A DNA stretch of 64,000 bases from positions 59,837 through 123,836 of the forward strand of contig JBFINP010000002.1 in NCBI GenBank assembly GCA_041611095.1. The letters are read 5' to 3'. This document shows, in pieces, positions 27,322 to 36,523 of the stretch. A program made the position numbers and the translations under genes. Numbering within the stretch: the stretch's first letter is position 1; each line of letters opens with the position of its first letter. A model generated the notes under the pieces. It was not told where the DNA came from. It made no database searches and saw nothing but the letters and a program-made list of their open reading frames with translations. This DNA is from Acidimicrobiia bacterium. GTDB lineage: Bacteria > Actinomycetota > Acidimicrobiia > Spongiisociales > UBA5794.

Positions 27322-29841
27322 TCAGTCGTCTCCTCCGCCTCCGCCACCGCGGGGCGGCTCGCCCACGAAGACCTGGATCACTCCGGACTCGGAGATCGGG
27401 GCGCCGACGGGGGGGTCGGTGCGGACGACGACGCCCCACAGCGCCTCGTTCTCGGTCTGCTGCCCGGCCACCGTCCAAGTGAGCGACGTGCCGCTGCTCG
27501 CGTTGTGAGCGGCGACGGCGTCACCCACCTGCTCGAGCTTGAGGCCGACCAAGTTCGGTACGGCCGGCGGGATTCCGGAGGAGACCCGCACCGTCACCGT
27601 CTTCCCCTGCGAGATCTGCGTGCCGGGGCTCGGGCTCTGGCCAAGGATGCGGCCCTCGGGCTCGGACGAGGCGACCTTGGCGAAAGAGGCGAAAAGGCCG
27701 GCCTTGTAGATGGCGTCTTTGGCTTCCTTCTGGCTCATCCCGCGAACGTCGGGAACCTCTGTCAGCGGTACCTGGAACCACGAGCTCGTGCCTTCGGGTT
27801 CGGCTGCGAAGTCTTCGACGGGAAGACCCTCGGTGATGTAGAGCATGAACTGCTTCCAGATCGGTGCGGTCAGCGTGCCGCCGAACGCCCTCGAGTAGTA
27901 CTGCTCGGAGCCTGTCGGCTCGTTGAACACCGTGAAGTTGGTCAACTCGATCTGCGCATCGGGATAGCCGGCCCACACCGCCGTCGTGTACTGCGGGATG
28001 AACCCCATGAACCACACGTCCTGGAAGTTCTGGGCGGTGCCCGTCTTGCCCGCCTGGGGACGGCCGATATTCGCCCGGGTCGCCGTTCCTTGGGACACGA
28101 CCTTCTCCAGCGTGCGGACCACGGCGGCGCCCATCGTGCGGTCGTACACCTGCTCCCGCACGACCTCGTGCTCGTAGACGATGTTGCCGTCGGTGTCCTC
28201 GATCTTCTCGATCAGGTAGGGCTCGACCTTCTCCCCGTAGTTGGCGATCGTCGAGTACGCGGCCGCCATCTCGAAAGGGCTCACCGACTGCGTGCCGAGG
28301 GCAATCGACAGCACCGGGTTGAGGGGAGATTCGATGCCGACGCGGTGGGCCATCTCCACGATGTTCTCCGGGCCGGTCGCCAGCGAAACCTGGGCGTACA
28401 CGGTGTTGGTCGAGCTAAACGTGGCGCTCTCCAGGGTGCGGATACCGGAGCCCCCGCCGCCGGCGTTGCGCACCGTCCACACGTTGCCCTGCGGACTGCA
28501 CGGGAAGCCGCACTCGATCCGCTGCGGCGACGTCTGGTCCCAATACGTGCCGAGCGTGATCGGCCAGCCCGCCTGGGCACCGTACTCGAGCGCGGCCAGC
28601 AGGGCGATCGGCTTGAACGCAGATCCGGCTTGACGACGACCCTTGGTCACCAGGTCGTAGGGGCGCTCGCCCGCCTCGACGTCGTCACCGAAATCGAGTC
28701 CGCTCGCCATGACCCGCAACGCACCCGTGCGATTGTCGATCATGGCGATGGCGCCGGTCGGTCCGCTGAGGTCCTGGAACCAGGCCCGCAGGATCCGATT
28801 CGCCTCGTCTTGCCACTCCTGGTTCACCGTGACGGTGACCTTGAGGCCGCCGCCGCCCTCACACTCGGTGTCGTTGGCCGGGCACCCGAACAGCGCGGTC
28901 TTGCGCTCGGCGAAGGTGTCGCCGAGCCCGTACCTAGGGTCGTTGAGGAGCTCTTCGCGCGCCGCGATGATCACCTGCGGCGAGATCTCCTCGAACTCCT
29001 CGTGGGCGATCGGGCGAAGTGGCTCGGCCTTGGCGGCTTCGCCTGCCGCCTCGGTGATGAAACGATGCTCCACCATCTGGTCGATGACGGCGTTGCGCGC
29101 ACGGATCACGCGGTCGGGCTCGTCGCGAAGGTCATAGAAGGACGGGTTGCGGATGGGGACGACCATGGCCGCGGCTTCTGCGATCGAGACGTCCTCGAGA
29201 CCCTTGCCGAAGTACTCCTGCGCGGCAGCTTGGATGCCGTAGGCGTTGGCGCCGTAGAACACCGAGTTCATGTAGAACTCGAGGATCTGGTCCTTGGTGT
29301 ATCGGCGCTCCATCTCGGCGGCGATGACCGCTTCGCAGATCTTGCGCTCCAGCGTCACCTCGTCGGTCAGGAAGTTCTTCTTGACGACCTGCTGGGTGAT
29401 GGTGGAGCCACCCTGGAGGCCGCTGTCGCTGCGGGCATTCTCCACTGCAGCCCGCAGGATGCCCTTGAAGTCGATGCCCTCGTGGTCGTAGAAGTCGGCG
29501 TCCTCGGCGGCCAGCAACGCGTACTTCACCTTGTCCGGTACCTCGGTGATGCTGATCGGCTGACTGTTTCGCTCGCTCAGCTTGCCGAGCAGGACGCCGT
29601 CGGTCGTGTACACCTCCGACAGCCGGGACAGGTCCGGAAACTCGAGCTGGTAGTCGTCCGGGTCGCAGATGTAGTTCGCCTCGAGATCCTGGGCCGTGCC
29701 GTACGCCGCGTTCGTCTCCAGGAACCCGAAGAGCCCGACGGTCGCGGCGCCGAGCAACATGATCACGACGAGCAGCGCAAGCGACGGGAGGCGTCGCCCG
29801 CGACGGTCGCGGCGTTCGATGAGGTGGATGTTGGGATCCAT
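27322..29841 (-). CDS. ponA: Class A penicillin-binding protein (transglycosylase + transpeptidase) with C-terminal PASTA domains
   Basis: N-terminal TM, GT51 motifs (EDADFYDHEGID, GGSTITQQ, RKICEAVIAAEMER), transpeptidase SAFK and KTGT motifs, and two C-terminal PASTA-like repeats. Confidence 0.9.
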   Translation of the reverse strand: MDPNIHLIERRDRRGRRLPSLALLVVIMLLGAATVGLFGFLETNAAYGTAQDLEANYICDPDDYQLEFPDLSRLSEVYTTDGVLLGKLSERNSQPISITEVPDKVKYALLAAEDADFYDHEGIDFKGILRAAVENARSDSGLQGGSTITQQVVKKNFLTDEVTLERKICEAVIAAEMERRYTKDQILEFYMNSVFYGANAYGIQAAAQEYFGKGLEDVSIAEAAAMVVPIRNPSFYDLRDEPDRVIRARNAVIDQMVEHRFITEAAGEAAKAEPLRPIAHEEFEEISPQVIIAAREELLNDPRYGLGDTFAERKTALFGCPANDTECEGGGGLKVTVTVNQEWQDEANRILRAWFQDLSGPTGAIAMIDNRTGALRVMASGLDFGDDVEAGERPYDLVTKGRRQAGSAFKPIALLAALEYGAQAGWPITLGTYWDQTSPQRIECGFPCSPQGNVWTVRNAGGGGSGIRTLESATFSSTNTVYAQVSLATGPENIVEMAHRVGIESPLNPVLSIALGTQSVSPFEMAAAYSTIANYGEKVEPYLIEKIEDTDGNIVYEHEVVREQVYDRTMGAAVVRTLEKVVSQGTATRANIGRPQAGKTGTAQNFQDVWFMGFIPQYTTAVWAGYPDAQIELTNFTVFNEPTGSEQYYSRAFGGTLTAPIWKQFMLYITEGLPVEDFAAEPEGTSSWFQVPLTEVPDVRGMSQKEAKDAIYKAGLFASFAKVASSEPEGRILGQSPSPGTQISQGKTVTVRVSSGIPPAVPNLVGLKLEQVGDAVAAHNASSGTSLTWTVAGQQTENEALWGVVVRTDPPVGAPISESGVIQVFVGEPPRGGGGGGDD

Positions 29842-29918
29842 CGGGGTTTCCGGACTGTACGACGCCGCAGGTTGCGAGATAGTTCCCGGGGTACCATCGG
29901 CGCGGTCTCGCTTCGGGG

Positions 29919-31520
29919 ATGATAGAGATGTCTGGAGACAACGCCGAATACCGTCAGACCTCGAGTGGCGTCGAGGTGGGAGTGACGTACGACGCCGTGG
30001 CCCTCGAGGGCTGGGACCCCGCCACGAAGCTCGGCGAGCCGGGCGGCTACCCGTACACCCGCGGCCCGTACCCGACGATGTATCGCGGCCGGATGTGGAC
30101 CATGCGCCAGTACGCCGGGTTCGGAACCGCCGAGGAGACCAACGAGCGGTTCACGGCCCTGCTGGCCGCCGGACAGACGGGGCTGTCCGTCGCCTTCGAC
30201 CTCCCGACCCAGATGGGCTACGACTCGGACCATCCGATGGCGTCGGGTGAGGTGGGCAAGGTAGGCGTCGCCATCGACTCCCTGGCAGACATGCGACGTC
30301 TCTTCGACGGCATCCCGCTCGAGCGGGTGTCGACCTCGATGACCATCAACGCGACCGCTGCGCTGCTGCTCCTGCTCTACCAGCTCGTCGCCGAGGAACA
30401 GGGTGCACAGCCACCGGCGATTCGCGGCACCGTCCAGAACGACATCCTCAAGGAATACATAGCTCGCGGCACCTACATCTATCCGCCCGCGCCGTCGATG
30501 CGGCTCGTCACCGACCTCTTCGCTTACTGCGCAGCGGAGCTTCCCTCGTGGAACACGATCTCCATCAGCGGGTATCACATCCGCGAGGCGGGATCGACGG
30601 CGGCCCAGGAGGTGGCCTTCACGCTGTCGAACGGGCTCGCCTACGTCGCCGCCGCCGTCGATGCGGGGCTTGATGTCGACGACTTCGCCCCGCGGCTCTC
30701 GTTCTTCTGGAACTCGCACAACCATCTCTTCGAGGAGGTCGCCAAGTTCCGAGCAGCCCGGCGGTTGTGGGCAACGCTGATGCGAGAGCGCGTAGGCGCA
30801 CGCGACGAGGCGTCGTGGCGGATGCGGTTCCACACGCAGACGGCCGGATCGACGTTGACCGCGCAGCAGCCGCTGACGAACATGGTGCGCACCTCGTACC
30901 AGGCGCTCGCCGCGGTGCTTGGTGGGACGCAGTCGCTCCACACCAACTCCTTCGACGAGGCCCTCGGCCTGCCCACGAAAGAGGCGGCGACCTTGGCGCT
31001 TCGGACGCAGCAGATCCTCGCTTACGAGTCGGGCGTGCCCGACACCGTCGACCCGCTGGCCGGTTCGTACTACGTGGAGTCGTTGACGGACGCGATCGAA
31101 ACGGAGGCGATGCGGCTCATCGCCCACATCGATCGTTTCGGCGGGGCGGTTGCCGCCATCGATCTCGGCTTCCCCCAGCGCGAGATCGAAGAAGCCGCCT
31201 ACCGCGAGGCGTTGCGGCAGCAGAGCGGCGAATCCGTACTCGTCGGAGTCAACCGGTTTGCGACCGGCGACGAGCTCCCGACCCCTGTCCTCACGGTCGA
31301 CCCGGCGCTCGAGGAGGCGCAGGTGGCGCGCACTACGCAGGTCCGCGCAGACCGAGACGCCGATGCGGTGGAGAAGGCCCTCGAGGCCGTGCGGAACGCA
31401 GCCACCGACAGCGGCAACCTCCTCTACCCGATGAAGGATGCGCTGGCGACGATGGCAACGGTCGGCGAGGTATCCGACGTGCTTCGTGGTGTGTTCGGTC
31501 GCCACCGACCGATGCGGTGA
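29919..31520 (+). CDS. Methylmalonyl-CoA mutase family large subunit, catalytic (TIM-barrel) domain; no fused B12-binding domain
   Basis: [35 protein letters not shown]...[19 protein letters not shown] and FTLSNG...[12 protein letters not shown] are conserved MCM/ICM substrate-domain motifs. 533 aa. Confidence 0.85.
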   Translation: MIEMSGDNAEYRQTSSGVEVGVTYDAVALEGWDPATKLGEPGGYPYTRGPYPTMYRGRMWTMRQYAGFGTAEETNERFTALLAAGQTGLSVAFDLPTQMGYDSDHPMASGEVGKVGVAIDSLADMRRLFDGIPLERVSTSMTINATAALLLLLYQLVAEEQGAQPPAIRGTVQNDILKEYIARGTYIYPPAPSMRLVTDLFAYCAAELPSWNTISISGYHIREAGSTAAQEVAFTLSNGLAYVAAAVDAGLDVDDFAPRLSFFWNSHNHLFEEVAKFRAARRLWATLMRERVGARDEASWRMRFHTQTAGSTLTAQQPLTNMVRTSYQALAAVLGGTQSLHTNSFDEALGLPTKEAATLALRTQQILAYESGVPDTVDPLAGSYYVESLTDAIETEAMRLIAHIDRFGGAVAAIDLGFPQREIEEAAYREALRQQSGESVLVGVNRFATGDELPTPVLTVDPALEEAQVARTTQVRADRDADAVEKALEAVRNAATDSGNLLYPMKDALATMATVGEVSDVLRGVFGRHRPMR

Positions 31521-31571
31521 GGCACGCCCCACGGCGGCGGCGCGGTTCCGGCGGTCCCTAGGCTGGTCGCC

Positions 31572-32939
31572 ATGGGCGACCAGGATCAGCGGCTTCGTTT
31601 TGTCATCGTGGGTGGCGGGCCCGCAGGCCATGCGGCGGCGACCGGCGCCGCCACTCTCGGCGCCAAGGTGACGGTTGTCGAGGATGCGATCGTTGGAGGG
31701 GCGGCGCACCTCTGGGACTGCATTCCCTCCAAGGCGATGGTGGCCAGCTCGATGCGCATCGCCGCCATTCGCAGCGCAGACCGCCTCGGCCTGAGCGACG
31801 CCGGCCAGGTCGACCTCGACATGGTGCGGCTCACCGACCGTCTCGATCACATCACCGGATCGCTCGCCAAGGGCTTCACGGACATGCTGCTGTCCCAGGG
31901 TGTCGACATCGTGATGGGCAGGGGGAGATTCGTCGGTCCGCACCGGGTGGAGGCCGAGACCGAGTCCGGGGTGGTGTCCTTGGACTTCGATGTGGCTCTG
32001 GTGTCCACGGGCTCACGGCCCTGGGTGCCCGACTGGGCTCCGGTCGATGGCGAGCGGGTGCTCACGACGCGCCACGCGTATCACCTCGCCGAGCTTCCCG
32101 AGCACATCGTGATCGTCGGGTCGGGAGTGACCGGTGTCGAGATGGTGCACATCTTCTCGAGTCTCGGTTCCCAGGTCACGCTCCTCGTCAGCCGCCACCA
32201 CGTGCTGCCGCATCGGGACGCCGAAGTGGCAACCGTGCTCGAGGAGGACTTCATCGAGCGCGGCGTTCGACTCCTCAAGGGGAGCAGGGCCTCATCGGTG
32301 AAGGTGACCGACGGCGGTGTCGAGGTGGCCACCGAGGACGGGCGCACCGTCGCGGGCTCCCACATGCTGCTCGCCGTCGGGTCTGTTCCCAATACCGGCG
32401 GGCTCGGTCTCGAGGACGTGGGGGTGACCGTGGACCGCGGGTACGTCCCGGTCGACGAATGGCAACGGACGTCGCTTCCCAACATCTACGCCGCGGGCGA
32501 CGTCACAGGTCAAATGCCGCTGTCGTCGGTGGCGACGATGCAAGGGCGCAAGATCGCCCGGCACCTGACGGGCCATGAGGTCACCCCGCTCGATCTCAAC
32601 CGGGTCTCGCAGGCGGTATTCACGGAGCCCGAGATCGCCTCGGTGGGTCTCGAGGAGGTCGATGCTGCGGCGCTGGGGCGCAAGGTGAGGATCACCAAGG
32701 TCCCGTTCGCCGCAAACCCGCGCGCTCTGATCCAGGCCAACCCGCGCGGCTTCGCCAAGGTGATCTCCGACCCTGCCACTCGAGTCGTCCTCGGGGGAAC
32801 CGTGGTGGGCCATCACGCCAGCGAGCTGATAGCAACGATTGCTCTCGCCGTGCAGGCGCGGCTTCGTGTCGACACTCTGGTGGAGACGCTGATGGTGCAT
32901 CCCTCGCTCGCGGAGAGCATTGCGGAGGCGGCCGAATGA
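31572..32939 (+). CDS. Pyridine-nucleotide-disulfide oxidoreductase, LpdA (Rv3303c)-like flavoprotein lacking the redox-active CxxxxC pair
   Basis: FAD GxGxxG (VIVGGGPAGHAAA), NAD site (IVIVGSGVTGVEM), AAGDVTG and a C-terminal dimerisation domain. The active-site region is HLWDCIPSK with a single Cys. Confidence 0.85.
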   Translation: MGDQDQRLRFVIVGGGPAGHAAATGAATLGAKVTVVEDAIVGGAAHLWDCIPSKAMVASSMRIAAIRSADRLGLSDAGQVDLDMVRLTDRLDHITGSLAKGFTDMLLSQGVDIVMGRGRFVGPHRVEAETESGVVSLDFDVALVSTGSRPWVPDWAPVDGERVLTTRHAYHLAELPEHIVIVGSGVTGVEMVHIFSSLGSQVTLLVSRHHVLPHRDAEVATVLEEDFIERGVRLLKGSRASSVKVTDGGVEVATEDGRTVAGSHMLLAVGSVPNTGGLGLEDVGVTVDRGYVPVDEWQRTSLPNIYAAGDVTGQMPLSSVATMQGRKIARHLTGHEVTPLDLNRVSQAVFTEPEIASVGLEEVDAAALGRKVRITKVPFAANPRALIQANPRGFAKVISDPATRVVLGGTVVGHHASELIATIALAVQARLRVDTLVETLMVHPSLAESIAEAAE

Positions 32940-33236
32940 GTCCGGCGCCGGCCCTCCTGACCCCAAAACGCCGTCCGCCCCGAGGCGTCCAAGCCAGGTA
33001 GAACTCGGACACCCCCGGGCGAGGGCGCTCTCTCCTGTGGGGGTGACGGTGGGGGGGCCGATCCCCAGGACCGGGAAGGGGGAATGGGCATCCCGGCGCT
33101 TGTCGTCACTCCGCTGCCAGTGCCGAGGGTGTGGGTGTGTAGTGGAGGTCCCTCGACCCTGTCATGGCGTTGTTCGCCGCTGCCACCGTCGAGTTCTCGG
33201 TGCGACGCGATATGAGGCGATCGACCTAGGGAGAGT

Positions 33237-33270
33237 GTCGCTCGAAGCCAGGCTTCGAGCGAGTTTGTGT
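33237..33270 (+). terminator. Perfect 23-bp palindrome CGCTCGAAGCC-A-GGCTTCGAGCG followed by GUUUGUGU (intrinsic-terminator-like hairpin, or a dimeric protein-binding site)
   Basis: Read directly: 11-bp arms, exact reverse complements, U-rich 3' tail on the +strand. It lies in a 526-bp convergent intergenic region. Confidence 0.35.
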
Positions 33271-33325
33271 CGTCGGCCTTCGGCCGCGTTCTTCTCGGAT
33301 CGCAGCGCGCTGGTCGCGCCGGGGT

Positions 33326-33366
33326 GAGGGGGAGATGCGGAGCTTCCCCCTCACCCTCCCCTTGGG
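33326..33366 (-). terminator. GC-rich hairpin GGTGAGGGGGAG-(ATGCGGAG)-CTTCCCCCTCACC about 100 nt downstream of the minus-strand AlkZ-like gene; probable factor-independent terminator
   Basis: A 12-13 bp perfect stem read directly from the sequence. No U-tract, which is common for actinobacterial terminators. Confidence 0.4.
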
Positions 33367-33465
33367 CTCGCTTCGCATCGCCTTCCGAATGGCTCCGCTT
33401 CGGGGGAGCTGGTGGGACGGGCGTCAGCCCGGCCGAACTGAGGTGGCTTCGACGGTGCCGCTCGC

Positions 33466-34656
33466 TCACGCCGTCAGTTCCTTCTCCAATGGGGTGCGGA
33501 ATCTAGGGATGATCCTGGTGTCTCCGAGCCAGGTCTCGAGGCGGTCCGCTTCCTGCTCGATTGCGTGGGCGGCAGACGTCCCGACGTCTTCGAGGAGCCG
33601 GTATGCGATCGCTCCGTCGCTCGTCTGCGCCCATCCGCCGACGATGCGGCCGTCGCTCCACACGGTCGGGCCGGCGTTGCCGTTACGGTCGAACAGAGCC
33701 GGCCCGTGGCCGCCCAGATACCAATGCCGATCCTTCCAGCCCATCACGGTGGGGTCGAGGCTCGGGAGCAGCGCCACCCACGGTTTCGTGCGTCGTTCGG
33801 CCGCCGTGTCGTCGGGGAAGACGAACCCCGCGCCATCGTCGAGCTGAACGGCGACTGCCCCGGCGGCCGCCAGCGTCTCTCGAGTCTTCCCGAGCGTCCA
33901 GCCGGTCCACCACCTGACGTCGGTGAGGGTGCCCGGGCCGAACGAGCCCAGCCAGCGGCGGACCAAGTCGACGCTGGCGTCACGCTCGTCGATGTCCTCG
34001 AGGGGCTCGCCGAGCCAGGTCTCAGTGGTCGCCCACCGGTACTGAGTCGAGAGCCACGTGCCGCGTGGGCGGCCGCGCAGGATGCGACCCGACGTTGCCA
34101 GTAGGAACAGCACCCGCGTCGACAGCCCGACGGTGGTCTCGTTGCGTTGACCGGCACCGACGGTGAGCTTGAGTGCGAGCTCGGGTACGTCTTCCTTGAG
34201 CTCCGCGGCCGTCGCCTCTCCTCGAGCCGTGAGCGCCGCAACCGTGCGATTCTCCACCCGGCGCAGCCACCGGGCCACATCCTCGGCGGGCGGCTGATCG
34301 GCGAGCCACCCGAGCAGCCGTCTCCGCTCCGGCGCGAGCATGGCTTTGGTGCACGCGTTGTCCATCACTGCGGCCAGGTCGCGCGGCACCACGAACATCG
34401 TGCGCCGCATGCCGAGCATCCTGACCAGGGAGCGCCGTTCGTACAGAGCATCGGCGAGGTGCTCCGGGCGGAATCCTCCGACCCGGGCCCGTGCCGTCAG
34501 ATACACCGTGGCCGGGTCGCTCGAATGTAGACCGACCATGGCGGCAGAGACGGCCTCGACGCCGGGCGCTCTTCGATCCAGGAAGTGACGGCGGCCAAGC
34601 CGTCGCCTGCGCTCGGAGCTGGAGATGCGGGTCACAGCGATGCGGGTCTCGCCCAT
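33466..34656 (-). CDS. Winged-helix DNA-binding protein of the AlkZ/YcaQ (interstrand-crosslink DNA glycosylase, HTH_42) family
   Basis: 396 aa. The N-terminal RRRLGRRHFLDRR...AMVGLHSSDPATVYLTARARV and overall layout match DUF1006/AlkZ-like proteins. Last gene of the pccB-accA operon strand. Confidence 0.65.
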   Translation of the reverse strand: MGETRIAVTRISSSERRRRLGRRHFLDRRAPGVEAVSAAMVGLHSSDPATVYLTARARVGGFRPEHLADALYERRSLVRMLGMRRTMFVVPRDLAAVMDNACTKAMLAPERRRLLGWLADQPPAEDVARWLRRVENRTVAALTARGEATAAELKEDVPELALKLTVGAGQRNETTVGLSTRVLFLLATSGRILRGRPRGTWLSTQYRWATTETWLGEPLEDIDERDASVDLVRRWLGSFGPGTLTDVRWWTGWTLGKTRETLAAAGAVAVQLDDGAGFVFPDDTAAERRTKPWVALLPSLDPTVMGWKDRHWYLGGHGPALFDRNGNAGPTVWSDGRIVGGWAQTSDGAIAYRLLEDVGTSAAHAIEQEADRLETWLGDTRIIPRFRTPLEKELTA

Positions 34657-34678
34657 GGAACCGAGTGGCCGGCCCCGG

Positions 34679-36433
34679 CTACTTGATGACCAACATCACG
34701 GCCCCGGCGGCAACTGTGTCGCCGGGTTGGATTCGGAGGTCCACGATGGCGCCGCCGATCGGAGCCTTGATCTCGTTCTCCATCTTCATCGCCTCGAGCA
34801 CGCAGACCGGATCGCCGGCGGCCACGGTGGTCCCGGCGGGCTGGTGGACCTTGACGATCGTGCCTTGCATCGGTGCCGTGACCACGCCGGCGGTCTCCGA
34901 CGTGCCGCTTCGCCGCTCGAGCTTCGGAGGGCGGCGTCGCGGCGCCAGCCTCTGGCTACCGGTCGCAGCCGGAGCCATGACCGGCGCCCAGTAGCGGATC
35001 GAGTAGCGGCGACCACCCACCTCCACGGTGATGGTCCGCTCCTCCCGCTCCTCGTCCTCGGGCAGGGTCGGAGCCGTGGCCGGCGTGAGGTCGCTGAAAT
35101 CGAGCTTGTCCTCGACGAGCTTCGTGTAGTGGGTGCCGTCGCGGAACTCGTCGGTATCGAGGATGCGGAGATGTGCGGGAATGGTCGTGGCTATGCCGGT
35201 GATCGTGTACGCCTCGAGTGCTCGGCGGCCTCGGGCCAGAGCCTCGCCGCGATCGCGGCCCCACACGACCAGCTTGGCGACCAGGTTGTCGTAGTACTGG
35301 CTGATGGCGGAGCCGGCGTGAGCCCCGGAGTCGACCCGGATCCCGAGCCCGCCGGGCTCGCGGTAGTCGACGATGGTGCCCGGGCTGGGCAGGAAACCGG
35401 TGCTGGGGTCCTCGGCGTTGATCCGGAACTCGATGGCGTGGCCTCGTACTTCGACGTCGTCGAACGAGAGCGGTTCGCCGGCGGCGATGCGCAGCTGTTC
35501 CTTCACCAGGTCGATGCCGGTCACCATCTCGGTGATCGTGTGCTCGACCTGGATGCGCGTGTTCATCTCGAGGAAGTAGAACCGGTCCCCGTGCAGGAGG
35601 AACTCGACCGTCCCAGCGTTGACGTACCCGGCGGCCTTGGCGACGCTGACGGCCGCTTGGCCGAGCGCCGCGCGCAAGTCGTCGGCCATGCGCACCGCCG
35701 GTGTCTCTTCGATGAGCTTCTGGTGGCGCCGCTGGATGGTGCAGTCGCGCTCACCCAGGAATACGGTGCGGCCGTGCGTGTCGGCGATGATCTGTGCCTC
35801 GATGTGACGGGGCCGGTCGAGGTAGCGCTCCAGATAGACCTCGGGGTTGCGGAAGTAGGCGTCGGCCTCGCGCCGGGCCGATTCGAACGCAGCTGGTACC
35901 TCCTCGGGCCCGGCAACCACCTTGAGGCCCTTGCCGCCTCCGCCGTGGGCCGCCTTGATGGCGACCGGGTAGCCGTGCTCTTTCCCGAATGCGATCACCT
36001 CGGCGATGTCCTGGGCGGGCTCGAGCGTCCCCGGCACGCCGGCCACCCCGGCCGCCTCGGCGGCGCGCCGGGATGCGATCTTGTCGCCCATCGTGGCGAT
36101 CGCATCGGGGGGTGGGCCGACCCAGCTGATCCCGGCGTCGATGACCGCGCGTGCGAAGTTCGCATTCTCGGCGAGGAACCCGTACCCAGGGTGAACGGCC
36201 CCGGCGTGCGACTCGCGCACGACCTCCATGATGCGCCGGATGTTGAGGTACGAGTCGGCGGCGGGGGCGGGCCCGATGTTCCACGCCTCGTCGGCAAGCA
36301 CCACGTGAGCGGAGTCCCGGTCGAGCTCGGAGTACACCGCGATCGTGCGCAGACCCAACTCCTTGGCTGCGCGGATCGCTCGGACCGCGATCTCCCCTCG
36401 ATTGGCGATGAGGACCGACTCCATGCGCCGCAT
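34679..36433 (-). CDS. accA: Acetyl/propionyl-CoA carboxylase alpha subunit (biotin carboxylase + biotinyl carrier domain)
   Basis: VLIANRGEIAVR, the ATP-grasp domain, and the C-terminal biotinyl motif CVLEAMKMENEIKAP. Confidence 0.9.
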   Translation of the reverse strand: MRRMESVLIANRGEIAVRAIRAAKELGLRTIAVYSELDRDSAHVVLADEAWNIGPAPAADSYLNIRRIMEVVRESHAGAVHPGYGFLAENANFARAVIDAGISWVGPPPDAIATMGDKIASRRAAEAAGVAGVPGTLEPAQDIAEVIAFGKEHGYPVAIKAAHGGGGKGLKVVAGPEEVPAAFESARREADAYFRNPEVYLERYLDRPRHIEAQIIADTHGRTVFLGERDCTIQRRHQKLIEETPAVRMADDLRAALGQAAVSVAKAAGYVNAGTVEFLLHGDRFYFLEMNTRIQVEHTITEMVTGIDLVKEQLRIAAGEPLSFDDVEVRGHAIEFRINAEDPSTGFLPSPGTIVDYREPGGLGIRVDSGAHAGSAISQYYDNLVAKLVVWGRDRGEALARGRRALEAYTITGIATTIPAHLRILDTDEFRDGTHYTKLVEDKLDFSDLTPATAPTLPEDEEREERTITVEVGGRRYSIRYWAPVMAPAATGSQRLAPRRRPPKLERRSGTSETAGVVTAPMQGTIVKVHQPAGTTVAAGDPVCVLEAMKMENEIKAPIGGAIVDLRIQPGDTVAAGAVMLVIK

Positions 36434-36523
36434 CCTAGAAGGCGGGGGTCCGGCGCTCCTCACCACCCGCCGGTTCGTGGCAGCCCTCGGGTGTCGCGCC
36501 GTGCCGGAGCGGCCGGTGGTGCC

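Noticed and set aside
32920-33327. 135-aa +ORF and 218-aa -ORF (32813-33469) inside the long convergent intergenic region
   Set aside because: No codon-position GC bias discernible. Cys/Arg/Gly-rich low-complexity translation. The region is better explained as structured non-coding RNA with terminator hairpins.
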